A DNA stretch of 64,000 nt from Thermoanaerobaculia bacterium (GTDB lineage: Bacteria > Acidobacteriota > Thermoanaerobaculia > Multivoradales > Multivoraceae), in NCBI GenBank assembly GCA_963664405.1, contig OY761158.1, positions 2,016,001-2,080,000 of the forward strand, in the 5' to 3' direction. The translations under genes and the position numbers were made by a program. A model generated the notes under the pieces. That model ran no database searches and was not told the origin of the DNA. It worked only from the letters and a program-made list of their open reading frames with translations. This document shows, piece after piece, positions 1 through 8,624 of this stretch; positions within the stretch are counted from its first letter, which is position 1; every line of letters begins with the position of its first letter.

Positions 1-2
1 CC

Positions 3-191
3 ACCGTTCTGGCGTTGACACCGATGGCGATCGGGGGACAGGGCGCCGAGGCAAACGCACCCCTCGCGCGAGCCATCATCGGTGGGACGCTCAGCGCAGC
101 GGTGATGTCGTTGCTTGTTGTGCCCTGTCTCTACGTCGTCTTCAAGCGCGTACCGAGTAGCCCACAGCCACTGCAGGGAGAGATGAGATGA
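3..191 (+). CDS. RND efflux permease (AcrB family), C-terminal fragment (5' end outside window)
   Basis: Frame from nt 3 reads TVLALTPMAIGGQGAEANAPLARAIIGGTLSAAVMSLLVVPCLYVVF, the typical last helices of an RND permease; its stop overlaps the next start (ATGA 188-191). Confidence 0.85.
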   Translation, partial: TVLALTPMAIGGQGAEANAPLARAIIGGTLSAAVMSLLVVPCLYVVFKRVPSSPQPLQGEMR

Positions 192-1324
192 AGCAACAGC
201 GTAATTCCCGATCGGCCGCCCTCGGCCTGATGGTAACGATGCTCGCCCTTGACGCAGCGGCCGCGCAGGAGCCGGTCACCGTCATCGTCGGCCAACCTCG
301 AGCCACCGCAGCCCGCACGGTCGAGCTGCCCGGCAGTTTCGAGCCTTACGAAGACGCCTTCCTCTACGCCAAGATCACCGGCTATGTCTCCAAGGTTCAG
401 GTCGACATCGGAGACCGAGTTTCGGCCGGCGCTGCGTTGGTCCGGCTCGAAATACCGGAGATGGAGCCTGCCCTCGGTCGTGCCCAGGCGGATGTCCTTG
501 CCGCCGAAGCGGCCTCGGAACAGGTCGCGGCCCAGATCAGTCGCGACAGCATCACCTATGAGCGGCTCTCCCAGCTCAAGGCCGAGGAGCCCCTCGCCGT
601 CACCCAGCAAGACGTCGACATGGCGGCCGCCGATCTGCAGGTCTCTGAGGCCGCCGCGCGTAGCGCCGAAGCCGAGATCTCGGTGGCCGAGGCCAAGCTC
701 GAAGAGCTCGAGGCGATGATGGCCTACGCCGTCATTCGCGCCCCCTTCGACGGCGTCGTCGCCCAACGCCTGGTAGATCCGGGGGCCCTGGTCGTCGCCG
801 GCTCCGACGGCGGCACTCCAGTCCTCGAGGTTGCACGGGAGGATCGACTCCGCCTCGTCCTCGCCGTGCCCGAGTCGCTGGTTGCTCAGACCAACCCCGG
901 CCTGCCCGCGAAGATCACGGTGGACGCCCTACCCGGCCGCATCTTCGAAGCTGAAGTCAGTCGCTGCGCAGGCCAGCTGTCGCAAGACACTCGCACCATG
1001 CGTGCCGAGATAGACATGGACCACAAAGGAGGCCTGCTCCGACCCGGCATGTATGCCACCGTCGCGCTCCAGCTGGGCAGCGGCCCGGGCAGCCTCAGTG
1101 TGCCCGCATCGCTGGTCCATCGCGAGGCGGAGGGACAGTCCTTCGTGTGGACGGTCGAGAACGGCAGGGCGGTCAAGACGCGGGTCGAGATCGTGCGCGA
1201 TGACGGCGCCTCGGCAGTCATCCAGACCGGCCTCGATGCCGGCAGCTCCATCGTGCTCGAAGGTCCAGCCGATCTCGAGGAAGGCCAGCCGGTGCGGGTC
1301 GCCGCGACTGCGGGGGACCGGTAG
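188..1324 (+). CDS. RND efflux periplasmic adaptor (membrane fusion protein)
   Basis: ITGYVSKVQVDIGDRV lipoyl half, coiled hairpin, IRAPFDGVV, LRPGMYA; lies between permease and TolC. Confidence 0.92.
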   Translation: MKQQRNSRSAALGLMVTMLALDAAAAQEPVTVIVGQPRATAARTVELPGSFEPYEDAFLYAKITGYVSKVQVDIGDRVSAGAALVRLEIPEMEPALGRAQADVLAAEAASEQVAAQISRDSITYERLSQLKAEEPLAVTQQDVDMAAADLQVSEAAARSAEAEISVAEAKLEELEAMMAYAVIRAPFDGVVAQRLVDPGALVVAGSDGGTPVLEVAREDRLRLVLAVPESLVAQTNPGLPAKITVDALPGRIFEAEVSRCAGQLSQDTRTMRAEIDMDHKGGLLRPGMYATVALQLGSGPGSLSVPASLVHREAEGQSFVWTVENGRAVKTRVEIVRDDGASAVIQTGLDAGSSIVLEGPADLEEGQPVRVAATAGDR

Positions 1325-2664
1325 TGAGAACTATGCTCGCTATTCTCCTGCTGGTCGCCGCCTCGGCCAGCTCGGGCCAGGAGGATCTCGACCGTTTCGT
1401 CGTCGAGATGAACCTCCAGGAAGCAATTGGATCTCTGGAACGGCAGCCGATTCGCCTCAGCGAAGCGCTCGACGAGGCCCTCGAGCAGAGCATCGAGATG
1501 GCCCTAGCTCGAGCCGACGCCCAGAGCGCTCGTGACAGTCGATGGGCGTCGGATGCTTCGCTCTTCCCCTCCGTCGAGGTCGGTCTCTCGGCGAGCTCCA
1601 CCAACGGCCGGGTACAAGGCAGCTTCGGCGAGCTTCGTGATGTCGACTTCAACACCCGCTACCGAGGGGCCGCTTTGGTCTATCGAGCGAACATCGCGGC
1701 GAGACTCAAGGAGGCTTTCGCGTACCGACAGAGCGTGCAGGCCGCCCAATTCGACCAGCTCAATACCGAACAGCGTCTGATTCTGCGCGTTGTCGAGCTT
1801 TACCAGGACCTACTCCTGGCCGGCGTCGCAGTCGACATCACTCACGACGTGGTCGAAGGCAGCGAGCAGTTTCGAAGACTCATTCAGGCGCGAGCTTCCG
1901 GTGGCCTGGCGATTGGCGCCGACGTAGCTCGTGCCGAGGCGAAATTGGCGGTAGATCGCCAGGAGCTGATCCGCGCCCGCAACGAGTTGGTGAAAGCGAG
2001 CACGCGCCTAGCGGTGGTGCTCAGGCGTGACGTCGATGTTCTACTCGTACCCTTTGAGGATCGCTTAGCTCCGTCTTCGTTCGCCAAACCCTCCACTCTG
2101 GACCCACTGTCGAGGCCCGATGTTCAAGCGGCGGATCGACGAGCCGAAGCCGCCGGACGGCTCGTATCGTCAGCCAAGTGGGAGCTCTATTCTCCCGAGC
2201 TGCGAGCGGAGCTCCGGGCGTTGGAGATCGGTGAGAGCACCGACAATCTCGAAGGCGGTGACGAGAGCGCCGCCTTGGTGCTGTGGAACCTGTCGCCGGT
2301 AGCTTTCGGCCACATCCGCGAGCGCCGAGCGGAGGAGAGCCGGGCCCAGTTGGAGCTCGCCGAGATCGAAGATCGCGCAGCAGGAGAGATCCGTCGAGCG
2401 GAAGAGGATCTTGCCGGCGCACGGGATCGCATTCCCCTTGCCGGCGACGGATTCCGTGCCGCCAACGACACACTCAGACTCAGCGAGGCCCGCTTCAGGG
2501 CCGGCACCGCGATCGCACTAGAAGTTCTCGACGCCCAGGATGTACTCGCGCAGGCGCGCTTCAACCTCGCCCGCGCGATCATCGACTACAACTCGGCCCA
2601 GGCTCACCTGCTCGCGGCCTCCGGCACGCTCGATCGCTCCTCGATCCTAGCCAACCAGGATTAG
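1324..2664 (+). CDS. TolC-family outer membrane efflux protein
   Basis: Signal peptide, two OEP-like repeats, RFRAGTAIALEVLDAQ and YNSAQAHLLAASG; translationally coupled to the adaptor. Confidence 0.88.
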   Translation: MRTMLAILLLVAASASSGQEDLDRFVVEMNLQEAIGSLERQPIRLSEALDEALEQSIEMALARADAQSARDSRWASDASLFPSVEVGLSASSTNGRVQGSFGELRDVDFNTRYRGAALVYRANIAARLKEAFAYRQSVQAAQFDQLNTEQRLILRVVELYQDLLLAGVAVDITHDVVEGSEQFRRLIQARASGGLAIGADVARAEAKLAVDRQELIRARNELVKASTRLAVVLRRDVDVLLVPFEDRLAPSSFAKPSTLDPLSRPDVQAADRRAEAAGRLVSSAKWELYSPELRAELRALEIGESTDNLEGGDESAALVLWNLSPVAFGHIRERRAEESRAQLELAEIEDRAAGEIRRAEEDLAGARDRIPLAGDGFRAANDTLRLSEARFRAGTAIALEVLDAQDVLAQARFNLARAIIDYNSAQAHLLAASGTLDRSSILANQD

Positions 2665-4319
2665 AAGAAGAGCTGTACCCACTCTCCGTCGAACTCCGCG
2701 AGGCGCGATCGGATGGGTCCTTGGATCGGCTCCCCAAGCCCCTTGCGCCAACTGTTGACCGCCGCCTCCAGTCGCTTGACCACCTTGGGGTTCTCTTTCG
2801 CCAGATTCGTCGACTCGCCGGGGTCCGCATCGAGGTCGTAGAGCAGCGTCACTTGGCCGAGAGTGGGCTCTGTCGACCAACCGTCGGCGGGAGGGGTCAA
2901 TCGCTGCCCAGCATTGTCCATGTCCGCAGGCCTCAGGTCTGTCCGGTTGTGCTTGATCAGTTTCCAGCGCTTGTCTCTGACCGCGAGGGTGGGTCCCGAT
3001 CTCCAATAGAGATACTCGTGCGGCCTCCCCTTTCGCTTACCCTCGACAAAAGGTAGCAGGTTGACGCTGTCCTCGGTCTTGACCTCTTTACCAGCGGCCG
3101 CGGTGAACGTAGCCAGCAGGTCGAGTGTGCTCACCGGCTCGGAGTAGACCTTTCCCGAGGGGAGCCGGGCCGGCCAGCTCATGATGAGGGGCACCCGCAC
3201 GCCACCCTCGTGGTGGTACGCCTTGAAGCCACGGAGCGGCGCGTTCGAGCAGGCACCACGGTTGGAGTCGGTACAACCATTATCGCTGGCAAAGACGATC
3301 AGAGTGTTCTCGAGCTGATCGATGGTCTCGAGCGCCGCCACTACGCGGCGTACGCTTTCGTCTAGCGAGGAGACCATAGCCGCAAACACACGGGTCCGCT
3401 GGTCCGCGACGTCGCGGTAATTCTCCAGATAACGCGCCGTCGCCTGCAGGGGCGTATGCGGTGTCGTGTGACTGAGATAGAGAAAGAACGGCTCATTCGG
3501 GTGGCCTTTGATGAAGTCGACGGCCTCGGCGCTGAAGACGTCGGTCAGATAGGCCTCGACCTGCACTTCGTCGAAACCGCGAAGCACTTTGTTGCCCCGC
3601 TTCGTCGGCCCGGATTCCCCACGCAGAGAACCGTATTCAACCCCCGGCTTTCGCGAGTCGATAAAGATGCTGCCCCCCTCGAGCACACCGAAGTACTCGT
3701 CGAAGCCGCGACTCATCGGATGGTAGGGCCTGGGCTGGCCCAGATGCCACTTGCCGACCATGCCGGTGGCGTAGCCCAACGGCTTCAACCGGTCCGCAAG
3801 GGTGCGCTCCTCGAGTCGTAGACCGACCGAGCGATCGCGCCCCACCGGGTTGAACTCCCAGCCATGGCGCTGCTGATGGCGCCCGGTGATCAGGCCCGCG
3901 CGCGACGGGCTGCACACCGGATGACTCACATACCCCTCGGTGAATCGAACACCTCTGCGGGCCAGGGCATCGATCGCGGGTGTCTCGTTGATCTTGCTGC
4001 CGTAGATGCCGACATCCCCGTAGCCGAGGTCGTCAGCGAGAATCAGCACGATATTGGGCGCGCGATCTTCTTGGAGCCCCGCGAGGGGGGCCACGGCGAG
4101 GACGCCCACCGAAAGGGCAACCAAGATGGGAAGAGACTTGGGCCATCTAGACCAGCGTTTCCAAAGTTCGCGCACAGATCTCGGCCCCTTCTGCCCGCTG
4201 GCGGCGTTGCGCCTCCTCGATATATTGCCCAATATGCCTGCGTCGGCGCGCCTGGCCAGCGAACAGAATGACCTCGAGCTATTGCACACGAACTTTGGAA
4301 ACGCTGGTCTAGTCATCAT
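2661..4319 (-). CDS. Secreted Cys-type sulfatase (paralog 2) with a 54-codon in-frame palindromic insertion near the N-terminus
   Basis: PNIVLILADDLGYGD, CSPSRAGLITGR formylglycine motif, GKWHLG. Start set at ATG 4319 (GGGGAG RBS upstream), not 4472; GTG 4175 is an alternative start. Confidence 0.9.
   Translation of the reverse strand: MMTRPAFPKFVCNSSRSFCSLARRADAGILGNISRRRNAASGQKGPRSVRELWKRWSRWPKSLPILVALSVGVLAVAPLAGLQEDRAPNIVLILADDLGYGDVGIYGSKINETPAIDALARRGVRFTEGYVSHPVCSPSRAGLITGRHQQRHGWEFNPVGRDRSVGLRLEERTLADRLKPLGYATGMVGKWHLGQPRPYHPMSRGFDEYFGVLEGGSIFIDSRKPGVEYGSLRGESGPTKRGNKVLRGFDEVQVEAYLTDVFSAEAVDFIKGHPNEPFFLYLSHTTPHTPLQATARYLENYRDVADQRTRVFAAMVSSLDESVRRVVAALETIDQLENTLIVFASDNGCTDSNRGACSNAPLRGFKAYHHEGGVRVPLIMSWPARLPSGKVYSEPVSTLDLLATFTAAAGKEVKTEDSVNLLPFVEGKRKGRPHEYLYWRSGPTLAVRDKRWKLIKHNRTDLRPADMDNAGQRLTPPADGWSTEPTLGQVTLLYDLDADPGESTNLAKENPKVVKRLEAAVNSWRKGLGEPIQGPIRSRLAEFDGEWVQLFF
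4147..4312. repeat. MITE/REP-like palindromic element, family A copy 1
   Basis: Perfect 24-bp inverted repeat CTAGACCAGCGTTTCCAAAGTTCG (4147-4170 / 4289-4312); G4150..C4309 = 160 bp flanked by TA; core ~87% identical by eye to 56039-56140 on the opposite strand. Confidence 0.9.
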
Positions 4320-4338
4320 GCGACTCCCCCTTGTAAAG

Positions 4339-4956
4339 TCACGGCGACGAGGCTCGGTCCAAGGCCTCACGAAGCGCACGGGCTCGCTCCCAGGCCGGGC
4401 CCGGCGACTTTGGTGTAGCGTTCTCGTAGACGGGTTGGGCATGCAGACAGCCGAAGACGGGGCCCTCCGCATTCAAGACTTCGTGAACCTGACTCGCCCA
4501 CGCCTCGAGATCGGAAAACTCGAATACCGACTCAAAGCCGCAAGTGCGAGCCATCTGCGCAAAATCCACCGCCCTGCCACCGCGAAGCGCGGCAGAACCG
4601 GGCGTATCCTGCGCCCCGGTGACCTCGTAGACGCCGTTGTCGAAGAGAAGCACGATCAAGTTCTTCGGCCGCTGCGAGGTGATCGTCACCAGCGAACCCA
4701 GATTCATCAGCATCGATCCGTCCCCGTTACAGACGACAACTCGCCGATCCGGCTGCGCCAGAGCCAACCCCAGCCCCACCGATGTCGCCTGACCCATGCT
4801 CGAGGGGACATAGACCAGATCGAGCGGGTGGCTGCCGAGCCGCATCCACTCGCGGGCGCAGCCCATGGTTGTGACCACGATCTCGTCGCGTCGAGCCGTG
4901 TGCAAGACGCCGATAACCTCGGCCAGCGGCATCGCACCACGCTGCGCGGCAGTCAT
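4339..4956 (-). CDS. ThDP-dependent decarboxylase beta subunit (sulfopyruvate decarboxylase ComE-like)
   Basis: SMGQATSVGLG and GDGSMLMNLGSL...DNGVYEVTGAQ ThDP motif; ~205 aa; ATG 4956 overlaps the stop of the alpha subunit (ATGA). Confidence 0.8.
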   Translation of the reverse strand: MTAAQRGAMPLAEVIGVLHTARRDEIVVTTMGCAREWMRLGSHPLDLVYVPSSMGQATSVGLGLALAQPDRRVVVCNGDGSMLMNLGSLVTITSQRPKNLIVLLFDNGVYEVTGAQDTPGSAALRGGRAVDFAQMARTCGFESVFEFSDLEAWASQVHEVLNAEGPVFGCLHAQPVYENATPKSPGPAWERARALREALDRASSP

Positions 4957-5438
4957 GCCTTGCCCTCCGCGATCAACGCGACACCGGAGCGGCCCTCGTC
5001 CCTGCAACTTCGGTAGAGCCCGGCGATCTCGGCAAATTGCTCCGGTGCTGCGATCAGGCGGTACTCGAGCTTCCAGGCGTCGAGGATCGGCTCGGTGAAG
5101 GTGAGGCAGGTGTCGCCTGGCAGGGTGTCCTGGCTGAGGTAGCTGCGATAGCCGACGATCGCGAACAGCGGCAGCCGATAGTCGTGGAGCAGATTTCGCA
5201 GCGCGTCGCCTGACTCGAAGAGTCCGGTGCACTGAATCATCACCACCGGGCTCGCACCGCCCATATATAACCCGGCCGCAACTCCCCAGGCCTCGCCTTC
5301 GCGGCAGACCTGAATCACCTGGACCTGGGTCTCAGTGATCTCGCTCAACCACGGCCCCAGAGTGCTGTCGGGGATGGTGACGACATGAGTCACCTCGAGC
5401 TCTTCCAGCAGCGTAGCGATCTGGGCTCCTTCAAACAC
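4953..5438 (-). CDS. ThDP-dependent decarboxylase alpha subunit (sulfopyruvate decarboxylase ComD-like)
   Basis: VTIPDS, CREGEAWGVAAGLYMGG, IQCTG: PYR-domain motifs of ComD / phosphonopyruvate decarboxylase alpha; 161 aa; coupled to the beta subunit. Confidence 0.8.
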   Translation of the reverse strand: MFEGAQIATLLEELEVTHVVTIPDSTLGPWLSEITETQVQVIQVCREGEAWGVAAGLYMGGASPVVMIQCTGLFESGDALRNLLHDYRLPLFAIVGYRSYLSQDTLPGDTCLTFTEPILDAWKLEYRLIAAPEQFAEIAGLYRSCRDEGRSGVALIAEGKA

Positions 5439-5450
5439 GGTCGGAGTTCT

Positions 5451-6971
5451 CTAGAAGAAGAGCTGGACCCACTCTCCGTCAATCTCAGCGAGAGTCGATC
5501 GAATGGGCCCCTGAATCGGATCCACCAAATCCTTACGCCAAGTATCGAGCGCCGCTTCCAGGCGCTCGACCACCTTGGGGTTCTCTTTCGCCAGATTCTT
5601 CGCTTCGCCGACATCGCCTTCGAGATCGTAGAGCAGCGTCAACTGACCGTGAGGTGAGTCGGTCGACCAGCCACCCGCGGGAGGTGCCATTCGCCCATCC
5701 GCCCCGAGATCGGCGGGGCGGAAGTCGGTCCGATTGAACTTGATCAGCTTCCAGCGGTGGTCTCTCACGGCAACAGTCGGTCCCGATCGCCAGTAGAGAT
5801 AGTCGTGGGGTCGGCCCGCTCTCTTACCCTCGAGATAAGGCAGCAAGTTGACGCTGTCTTCGGTCGTGATCTCCTTGCCCGCGGCCGCGGTGAAGGTCGA
5901 TAAGAGGTCGAGGGTGATCACCGGCTCTGAGTAGATCTGACCCGCGGGAAGTCTCGCCGGCCAGCTCGCGATAAAAGGCACCCGCACCCCACCTTCGTGG
6001 TGATAGCGCTTGAAACCCCGAAGCGGCTCGTTCGAGCACGCACCGAGGATGTAGCCCGCACAGCCATTGTCGCTCGAGAAGACGAGCAGAGTGTTGTCGT
6101 ACTGGTCGATGGCCACCAGAGCCTCCACCACTCGGCGCACGCTCTCGTCCAGGGAGGCGACCATCGCGGCATAAACGCGCGTCCTCTGGTCGCTGATGTG
6201 GCGATAGTCCTCGAGGTAGCGCGCGGTTGCCTGCAGAGGTGTGTGCGGCGTGGTGTGGCTCAGATAAAGAAAAAAGGGCTCCTCGGCGTGACCCTTGATG
6301 AAGTCGACCGCCTCGGCGGTGAACACGTCGGTGAGGTAGCGCTCGACCTCGACCTCGTCGAACCCCCGAAGCACCTTATTGGGACGCACCGTCGGCGCCG
6401 GCTCGCCACTCAGAGAGCCGTACTCCACCCCCGGCTTGCGGGAGTCGATGAAGGTGCTGCCGCCCTCGAGCACACCGAAATACTGATCGAAGCCGCGGCT
6501 CATCGGATGGTAGGGCCTCTTCTGTCCCAGGTGCCACTTGCCGACCATCCCGGTGGCGTATCCCATCGATCTGAGGTGATCGGCAATCGTGCGCTCTTCG
6601 AGCCGCATGCCGGCGGAGGCATCGCGTCCGGCGGGGTTGAACTCCCAGCCGTGCCGCTGCTGATAGCGGCCCGTTACCAGCCCCGCCCGCGAAGGGCTGC
6701 AGACCGGGTGACTCACGTACCCCTGGGTGAATCGCACACCTCCAGCCGCTAAAGCGTCGATATTGGGGGTCTTGATGGTCTTGCTACCGTAGACACCGAT
6801 GTCGCCGTAGCCCAGATCGTCACCGAGGATCAGCACGATGTTGGGCGGTCGGGTCGCCTCAGCGGGTGCTTGCGCCGCTGCCCCCGCGATACCGAAGGCG
6901 GGACCGATGGCCAATGCAGTGAAGACGAGAGCCGCGCAGCGAAGGAAGATGCGGACCGAGATCAAACCCAT
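5451..6971 (-). CDS. Secreted Cys-type sulfatase (paralog 1)
   Basis: Signal peptide, PNIVLILGDDLGYGD, CSPSRAGLVTGR; colinear with paralog 2 to the shared C-terminus DGEWVQLFF. Confidence 0.93.
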   Translation of the reverse strand: MGLISVRIFLRCAALVFTALAIGPAFGIAGAAAQAPAEATRPPNIVLILGDDLGYGDIGVYGSKTIKTPNIDALAAGGVRFTQGYVSHPVCSPSRAGLVTGRYQQRHGWEFNPAGRDASAGMRLEERTIADHLRSMGYATGMVGKWHLGQKRPYHPMSRGFDQYFGVLEGGSTFIDSRKPGVEYGSLSGEPAPTVRPNKVLRGFDEVEVERYLTDVFTAEAVDFIKGHAEEPFFLYLSHTTPHTPLQATARYLEDYRHISDQRTRVYAAMVASLDESVRRVVEALVAIDQYDNTLLVFSSDNGCAGYILGACSNEPLRGFKRYHHEGGVRVPFIASWPARLPAGQIYSEPVITLDLLSTFTAAAGKEITTEDSVNLLPYLEGKRAGRPHDYLYWRSGPTVAVRDHRWKLIKFNRTDFRPADLGADGRMAPPAGGWSTDSPHGQLTLLYDLEGDVGEAKNLAKENPKVVERLEAALDTWRKDLVDPIQGPIRSTLAEIDGEWVQLFF

Positions 6972-7120
6972 TAGTTCTCCTTTTCAACACCGTCCGAGAG
7001 CCTGCTGTAGAAGCGTCAAGCGTGTCACGATCGCTCAGGCTCAGCAATCGTCCCGCCACTCGAAGTCGGCGCGACGGGCTTGCCCCCGCTCCGTAAAAAT
7101 GCACAATAGGGCACACTGAA

Positions 7121-8089
7121 ATGCGAGCCATACAAATCCAATCTCTCACTGGCCCGGAAGGTCTGGCCCTGGTCGACCTTCCGGAACCGGAGGCCGACGG
7201 CGGCCTCCTCATCGACGTTCATGCGGCAGGAGTCTCCTTCGCCGACCTCCTGGTCTCGCAAGGGCTCTATCAAATGACCCAGCCTCCCCCGTTTGTGCCG
7301 GGAATGGAGGCCGCCGGTATCGTCCGCCAGGTGCCTCCAGACAGTAACCTCTCGGTCGGCGACCGGGTGTGCACCCATGGCACAGGGACCTTCGTCGAGG
7401 TGATCCGGGCATCTCCCGAGCAAACTTTCCGGCTCCCCGACAGCATGAGCTTCGAGCAGGGCGCCGGCTTCATTCTCAACTTCCAGACTGCGATGTTCGC
7501 GCTGAGGCACCGCGGCGGCCTAGGCGAGGGGGAGACCGTACTCGTCTTCGGCGCCTCGGGTGGGGTTGGCACCGCGGCGATCCAGGTGGCCAAGGGTCTG
7601 GGCGCGGCCCGCGTCATCGGGCTGGTCTCGACCCCGGCCAAGGCGGAGATCGCGAGCGCGGCCGGCGCCGACGACGTGGCCTTGATCAGCGACAAGTGGA
7701 AGAACGACGTTCTCGAGCTCAGCTCCGGCGTCGATCTGGTCTACGACCCGGTAGGGGGTGACTACTTCCTCGACGGTCTGCGCTGCCTGAAGCCCAACGG
7801 CCGATTGGTGGTTGTCGGCTTTGCTGCCGGCTCGATTCCCGAGGTCAGGGTCAACCGTCTACTGCTCAAGAACATCGCTGTGGTCGGCGCCGCTTGGGGC
7901 TCGGCGATCCAAATCGATCGATCGTTACCGGGGAGGATCCACGACGAGCTGATGCCTCTGATCGAAAGCGGCGCGATCGACCCACCGGTAGGACAATCGC
8001 TTCCCCTCGAACAGGCCGCCGATGCCCTTCGCCTGTTTCAAAAGCGCGAGGCCGTCGGCAAGGTCGTGCTACGGGTAGCCGCCGACTAG
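7121..8089 (+). CDS. NADPH:quinone oxidoreductase (MDR / zeta-crystallin family)
   Basis: PFVPGMEAAG, GASGGVGTAAIQVAK, VVGFAAG, GKVVL. Confidence 0.92.
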   Translation: MRAIQIQSLTGPEGLALVDLPEPEADGGLLIDVHAAGVSFADLLVSQGLYQMTQPPPFVPGMEAAGIVRQVPPDSNLSVGDRVCTHGTGTFVEVIRASPEQTFRLPDSMSFEQGAGFILNFQTAMFALRHRGGLGEGETVLVFGASGGVGTAAIQVAKGLGAARVIGLVSTPAKAEIASAAGADDVALISDKWKNDVLELSSGVDLVYDPVGGDYFLDGLRCLKPNGRLVVVGFAAGSIPEVRVNRLLLKNIAVVGAAWGSAIQIDRSLPGRIHDELMPLIESGAIDPPVGQSLPLEQAADALRLFQKREAVGKVVLRVAAD

Positions 8090-8598
8090 ACCGGCAGCAC
8101 TGCCAGAGTCTCTTCGACCAGCCTCATGATGGGAGGAGCCATGCGCTCGGTCGCACCCACCAAGGCACCACCGAGCCCGAGCTCGTCATCCGCAAGCGCC
8201 AAGATCCGTCGGTTGGGAATGGCATAGGGCGCCGCTTGTCGCAAGGCCCTCGCCGAGAGATCCGCATCACCGGTCTTGAGGAAGTGGGCGATCAAAGCCG
8301 TCGCGGTCGAGCGCGAGATCCCCGCAAAGCAGTGCACCAAGAGGCCGCCGAGATCAGGATCCCACTCTCGAGCGAAGTCCACCAAGTCGCGAACGTCGTC
8401 CCCCTCCGGCAACACCCCGAATCCGTCCGGCTCGGAGATATCATGCACCGCCACTCGGAGGTGGCGCTCGGCCACGATCTCTCGCGGGCGTATCGGCTGA
8501 AACTCAGGTTGAATGATCGAGATCAAATGTGTCGGCTCGAGCTCGCGAACGTAACGCGGCATATCGAAGAGACCGCTGATGTAGATGTGGCCAGGCAT
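8086..8598 (-). CDS. Protein-tyrosine-phosphatase-like protein
   Basis: CX5R loop HCFAGISRS and downstream PNRRI motif. Confidence 0.85.
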   Translation of the reverse strand: MPGHIYISGLFDMPRYVRELEPTHLISIIQPEFQPIRPREIVAERHLRVAVHDISEPDGFGVLPEGDDVRDLVDFAREWDPDLGGLLVHCFAGISRSTATALIAHFLKTGDADLSARALRQAAPYAIPNRRILALADDELGLGGALVGATERMAPPIMRLVEETLAVLPV

Positions 8599-8624
8599 CG
8601 AGCTGGAAGGGCTTCGTCGCCACG

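Noticed and set aside
4320-4472. N-terminal extensions in the ORF track (sulfatase to 4472; similarly ComE-like to 5232, phosphotransferase to 50196, nitroreductase from 56031)
   Set aside because: They overlap neighbouring genes or repeats; downstream starts match RBSs, coupling and family lengths.
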